A DNA stretch of 64,000 bases from a candidate division WWE3 bacterium CSP1-7 (GTDB taxonomy: Bacteria > Patescibacteriota > WWE3 > 9FT-COMBO-53-11), in assembly GCA_001443395.1 (NCBI GenBank), contig LDXK01000001.1:96001-160000 (forward strand), written 5' to 3'. This document shows, one piece after another, positions 61,157 through 64,000 of this stretch. Numbering within the stretch: the first letter of the stretch is position 1; each line of letters begins with the position of its first letter. A program made the translations under genes and the position numbers. Under the pieces are notes generated by a model. It was given only the letters and a program-made list of their open reading frames with translations. It did not search any database and was not told where the DNA came from.

Positions 61157-62647
61157 TCAGGTCTTCTTCCTTATCAACTTCTTCAGCACTCCTTCGGGCC
61201 AGTCTTTCTCTTCGACAAGCACTAGACTGAGGTGTTGAGCAAGATCCCCAGGAGCAGAGACAACTACATTGAATTCAAGGTTCAGCACCCTTAACTCCTC
61301 GATAAACCCCCGCCTAAACTGCTCTTCCTCACTCTCACCTAGGCGAGTTCCTGACTTGAGACTCACCAAGGTCGGTTCGAGCTTCATGTTGCTCGGCGCA
61401 CAGAAGAACTCCCCGAGCCGCTGGCCATAGACATTTTGAATTCTGGGGCTGTTGAGAACATTTCGAACCTGCTCGTGGTAGACATTCGCCCCACAGAAAG
61501 TACCCATGTCCCCTCGCCCGTAGAGAAGCAGAATCGGCATAGGAGCGGGAGGCGGTGCACCCCTCCGCGACAGAATCATGGGAAGATCCTGCCCAACTCC
61601 CCTAAGTCGGCGTAATGCTTCTCCATAATCCAGGACAATTCCCAGATCTCCGATCGCATACCTTATGAGGTAGGGCGGTTTTGTGATCAAGAGATTCCCC
61701 TCTTCTACACCCTCGACCAGGATAGAAGGCGGAACCTGGTAGATGCCGGGATCGGCGGCGAAACCCTGACCACCAAACCAGGAACCTTCTTGAAGGTGAG
61801 GGTAGATAGCCCGAGCGATATCCCGATCCGTGTGAGCGAGTCTCCGCATGAGAAGAGTCAGTTCGGTTTCCATGGCCGTAACTCCCGCTTCCCCGGAGCT
61901 GTACATGTTCATGACTCGGCCATGATAGGTCGCTTCAACCTTTTGCCGCCACTCTTCGTCGATTGCTTCCCCGCCCACCCAAACATGGATGGCCTTGGGA
62001 AGAACGTATTTACTCTGCGTGAGAGTATTCAGGAGAATGTCGACGAAGCCAGGCATACCTGCAAGAATCCACGCCTCGTACTCGCCCTCCAGCGCTTTAA
62101 GGGACTTGAGACACTCTTCCAAGTTGTATCCCGGGTAGATAGGTTCAACGGGAAGATCGGGGGAAATCTCCAAGGCTTTGGTGAAAAGCTTCACCATGAA
62201 GATCCCTGCAGGGGTAATCCCCAAGTAAGCCGTGGTGACGAGCAGGGTAGGGCCCTTCAAATCAAAGAACTCTTTGAGAGGAGGGATGATCATCGGGGCG
62301 GTTTTTCCTACCCCCCCCCGGGGCAAACCGGTGGTCTTGGGGGTCCCTCCGGTTGAACCACTGCTGAAGACGATCGATTCCGGACTTTCTCCCTTGCGCA
62401 TACGATCGCGTAGACGGTAATCTCTGATGTAGCTTGGAGTAATTGGAGGAACGAACTGCCGAAAGTCTTCAATACTTCGAACAGAATCAGGGTCGATTCC
62501 GTGTCGGCGCAGGAAATCCTGGTAGGCCGAGCTTTTCCGAGCCAGTTCATGAAAGGCTTTAAGCGCGTTTCTCTCCGCAACTCGCTGGAGAATCTTAACC
62601 TGCAAATTCTCCGGCAACATTCCCAAAACCATGTCTCGCAATGCCAT
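61157..62647 (-). CDS. PaaK/F390-synthetase-like adenylate-forming enzyme
   Basis: SSGSTGGTP, GGE, YSSGE, LIRYAIGD, GR. Confidence 0.8.
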   Translation of the reverse strand: MALRDMVLGMLPENLQVKILQRVAERNALKAFHELARKSSAYQDFLRRHGIDPDSVRSIEDFRQFVPPITPSYIRDYRLRDRMRKGESPESIVFSSGSTGGTPKTTGLPRGGVGKTAPMIIPPLKEFFDLKGPTLLVTTAYLGITPAGIFMVKLFTKALEISPDLPVEPIYPGYNLEECLKSLKALEGEYEAWILAGMPGFVDILLNTLTQSKYVLPKAIHVWVGGEAIDEEWRQKVEATYHGRVMNMYSSGEAGVTAMETELTLLMRRLAHTDRDIARAIYPHLQEGSWFGGQGFAADPGIYQVPPSILVEGVEEGNLLITKPPYLIRYAIGDLGIVLDYGEALRRLRGVGQDLPMILSRRGAPPPAPMPILLLYGRGDMGTFCGANVYHEQVRNVLNSPRIQNVYGQRLGEFFCAPSNMKLEPTLVSLKSGTRLGESEEEQFRRGFIEELRVLNLEFNVVVSAPGDLAQHLSLVLVEEKDWPEGVLKKLIRKKT

Positions 62648-62756
62648 TTGAACTCTCCTCCTCTATTCGTTTGTTCGTTTGTGACTTAAATTATACAGGG
62701 CGGAAAAAACTACTTATGAATTTGACGCTGGATAATCCGGGATTGGAAAGATACGG

Positions 62757-63248
62757 CTAACCAGATTTCAACTCCTTGATCTTTTCGATCCGCTTCTCGG
62801 AATCCCCTTCTTTCTCCTCCGGCGCGCCGGAAACTTTCGAGCCGACTCCCGAAAACGCGCCCTTCACGATATAGAGAAGAATCGCCGGCACGGCCGCCAT
62901 TCCGGCGTAGGCGACGGAGAGGGTGTACTGGACCGGAACCAGCTTCACTCCAACCGCCAGCTGCTGGATCGCGTAAAGCTGGGCGAGCACCGCCGCTGCG
63001 AAAAGGAGCGTCGCTTTGAGAAAATACTGCTTCTCAATCAGCGAAGCGATCAGGAGCGTGAAGATTAGGAATCCCAGCGCCCGGACCCCGATCGCCACCG
63101 CCGTCAGTGGGTAGACCGAAAGATAAGACGGCGAGAGAAAAACGAGCTGGTTGGCGAGCTGCAGCTGCACCGGACCAGCAAAAGATTCCAGCACCGAAGA
63201 AAGGATCAAAAGCGCAATGGCGGCAACGACCCAATATTCCTTATTCAT
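62757..63248 (-). CDS. Hypothetical membrane protein (4 TM)
   Basis: Four hydrophobic segments and a charged tail. Confidence 0.7.
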   Translation of the reverse strand: MNKEYWVVAAIALLILSSVLESFAGPVQLQLANQLVFLSPSYLSVYPLTAVAIGVRALGFLIFTLLIASLIEKQYFLKATLLFAAAVLAQLYAIQQLAVGVKLVPVQYTLSVAYAGMAAVPAILLYIVKGAFSGVGSKVSGAPEEKEGDSEKRIEKIKELKSG

Positions 63249-63360
63249 TTTCGAGGAAATTATAGCGAAAATGAAGAGGAGAGGCTTTCTTATTTCTTGT
63301 TACACTCTTAATTAGGTTGCGTTGATTAGTCTAATCAACCAACAAAGGTGGTGATATAAA

Positions 63361-63522
63361 TTGCTCCGAAACATAGGAACGCCAGAAATAATTCTGCTTT
63401 CCGTAGTTTTACTCCTGCTCTTTGGGTCAAGGAAGATCCCCGAGTTCGCTCGAGGCCTGGGACAATCCGTTAGAGAGATTCGTCGCAGCTTCCGCGGTAC
63501 CAAAAAAGAGGAGCAAGCTTAG
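63361..63522 (+). CDS. tatA: TatA/E family subunit (third copy, below the ORF-track size)
   Basis: Manual translation MLRNIGTPEIILLSVVLLLLFGSRKIPEFARGLGQSVREIRR...; AAGGTGGTG RBS. Confidence 0.88.
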   Translation: MLRNIGTPEIILLSVVLLLLFGSRKIPEFARGLGQSVREIRRSFRGTKKEEQA

Positions 63523-63546
63523 CTTGAAACTTGGAATCCGAAACAG

Positions 63547-64000
63547 ATGAGACATGAAACCCTGATCTCCATTGTGGGGGCTGTCCTAGTCGGCCTGGTT
63601 TTTCTGTTCCCCTCCCCGGCCAGAGCCGACGAGGTTGAGTCCCGCCGCTGCAAGACCGGGGACACCGCCTGCACCATCGGTGAATTCCTGTACGACGACA
63701 ACTACGTGCCGGTTCCCCCGGCCAACGCCTCCTGCACCCTGTCCATCGTCGATCCCGCTAGTACTCCTCTAGGCGGGTCGCCGTTCGCGATGAGCGAGGC
63801 CGCCGACGGCTGGTACTTCTACAACTTCGACACCACCGCTCAGGCCGACGGGCTCTACCGCTCGAATATGTGCTGCACCGTCACCGTCCCCACCAGCCAG
63901 ACCCTTTGCCTGGACAAGAGCTTCACGGTCGGGGCCTCGTTCAACTCGCTGGCCGATATCGCCATCGCCGTCTGGGGCGGCACCAGCCGTACCCTGACCG
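63547..64000 (+). CDS. Secreted Cys-containing protein, partial
   Basis: MRHETLISIVGAVLVGLVFLFPSPARA|DEV...CTIGEFLYDD...CC...AVWGGTSRTLT; open to window end. Confidence 0.8.
   Translation, partial: MRHETLISIVGAVLVGLVFLFPSPARADEVESRRCKTGDTACTIGEFLYDDNYVPVPPANASCTLSIVDPASTPLGGSPFAMSEAADGWYFYNFDTTAQADGLYRSNMCCTVTVPTSQTLCLDKSFTVGASFNSLADIAIAVWGGTSRTLT

Overview
Bacterial chromosome segment, most consistent with a Patescibacteria/CPR genome (Microgenomates/WWE3-like; inferred from short AlaRS and IF2, the ftsA-like + baseplate-J pair, unlinked rRNA and many orphan genes), using genetic code 11. Core genes: fusA (partial), rpsG, rpsL, rpoC, rpoB, alaS, ftsK, rnj, udg, pnp, rpsO, infB, nusA, and a tRNA-Ala-23S-5S unit with its own promoter and no 16S. 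Accessory material: (i) six genes splitting the str operon, including tandem C39 peptidases with an unusual N-terminal domain; (ii) an AT-richer island with a Nudix-methyltransferase fusion, a TMK-like kinase and two divergent Gre factors; (iii) a co-oriented ~10 kb block of large phage-structural-like proteins that share N- and C-terminal modules, runs into tatA-tatA-tatC and is interrupted by a RAYT transposase; (iv) a PaaK-like ligase, 7TM histidine kinase and receiver cluster. Non-coding highlights: ten intergenic copies of a covarying hairpin TG(C/G/T)TAG-stem-loop-stem-CGTCCA, a ~206-nt branched RNA candidate, a four-hairpin array upstream of alaS, and a rimP-leader-like hairpin without rimP. 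All family assignments come from motif recognition by eye; no searches were run.
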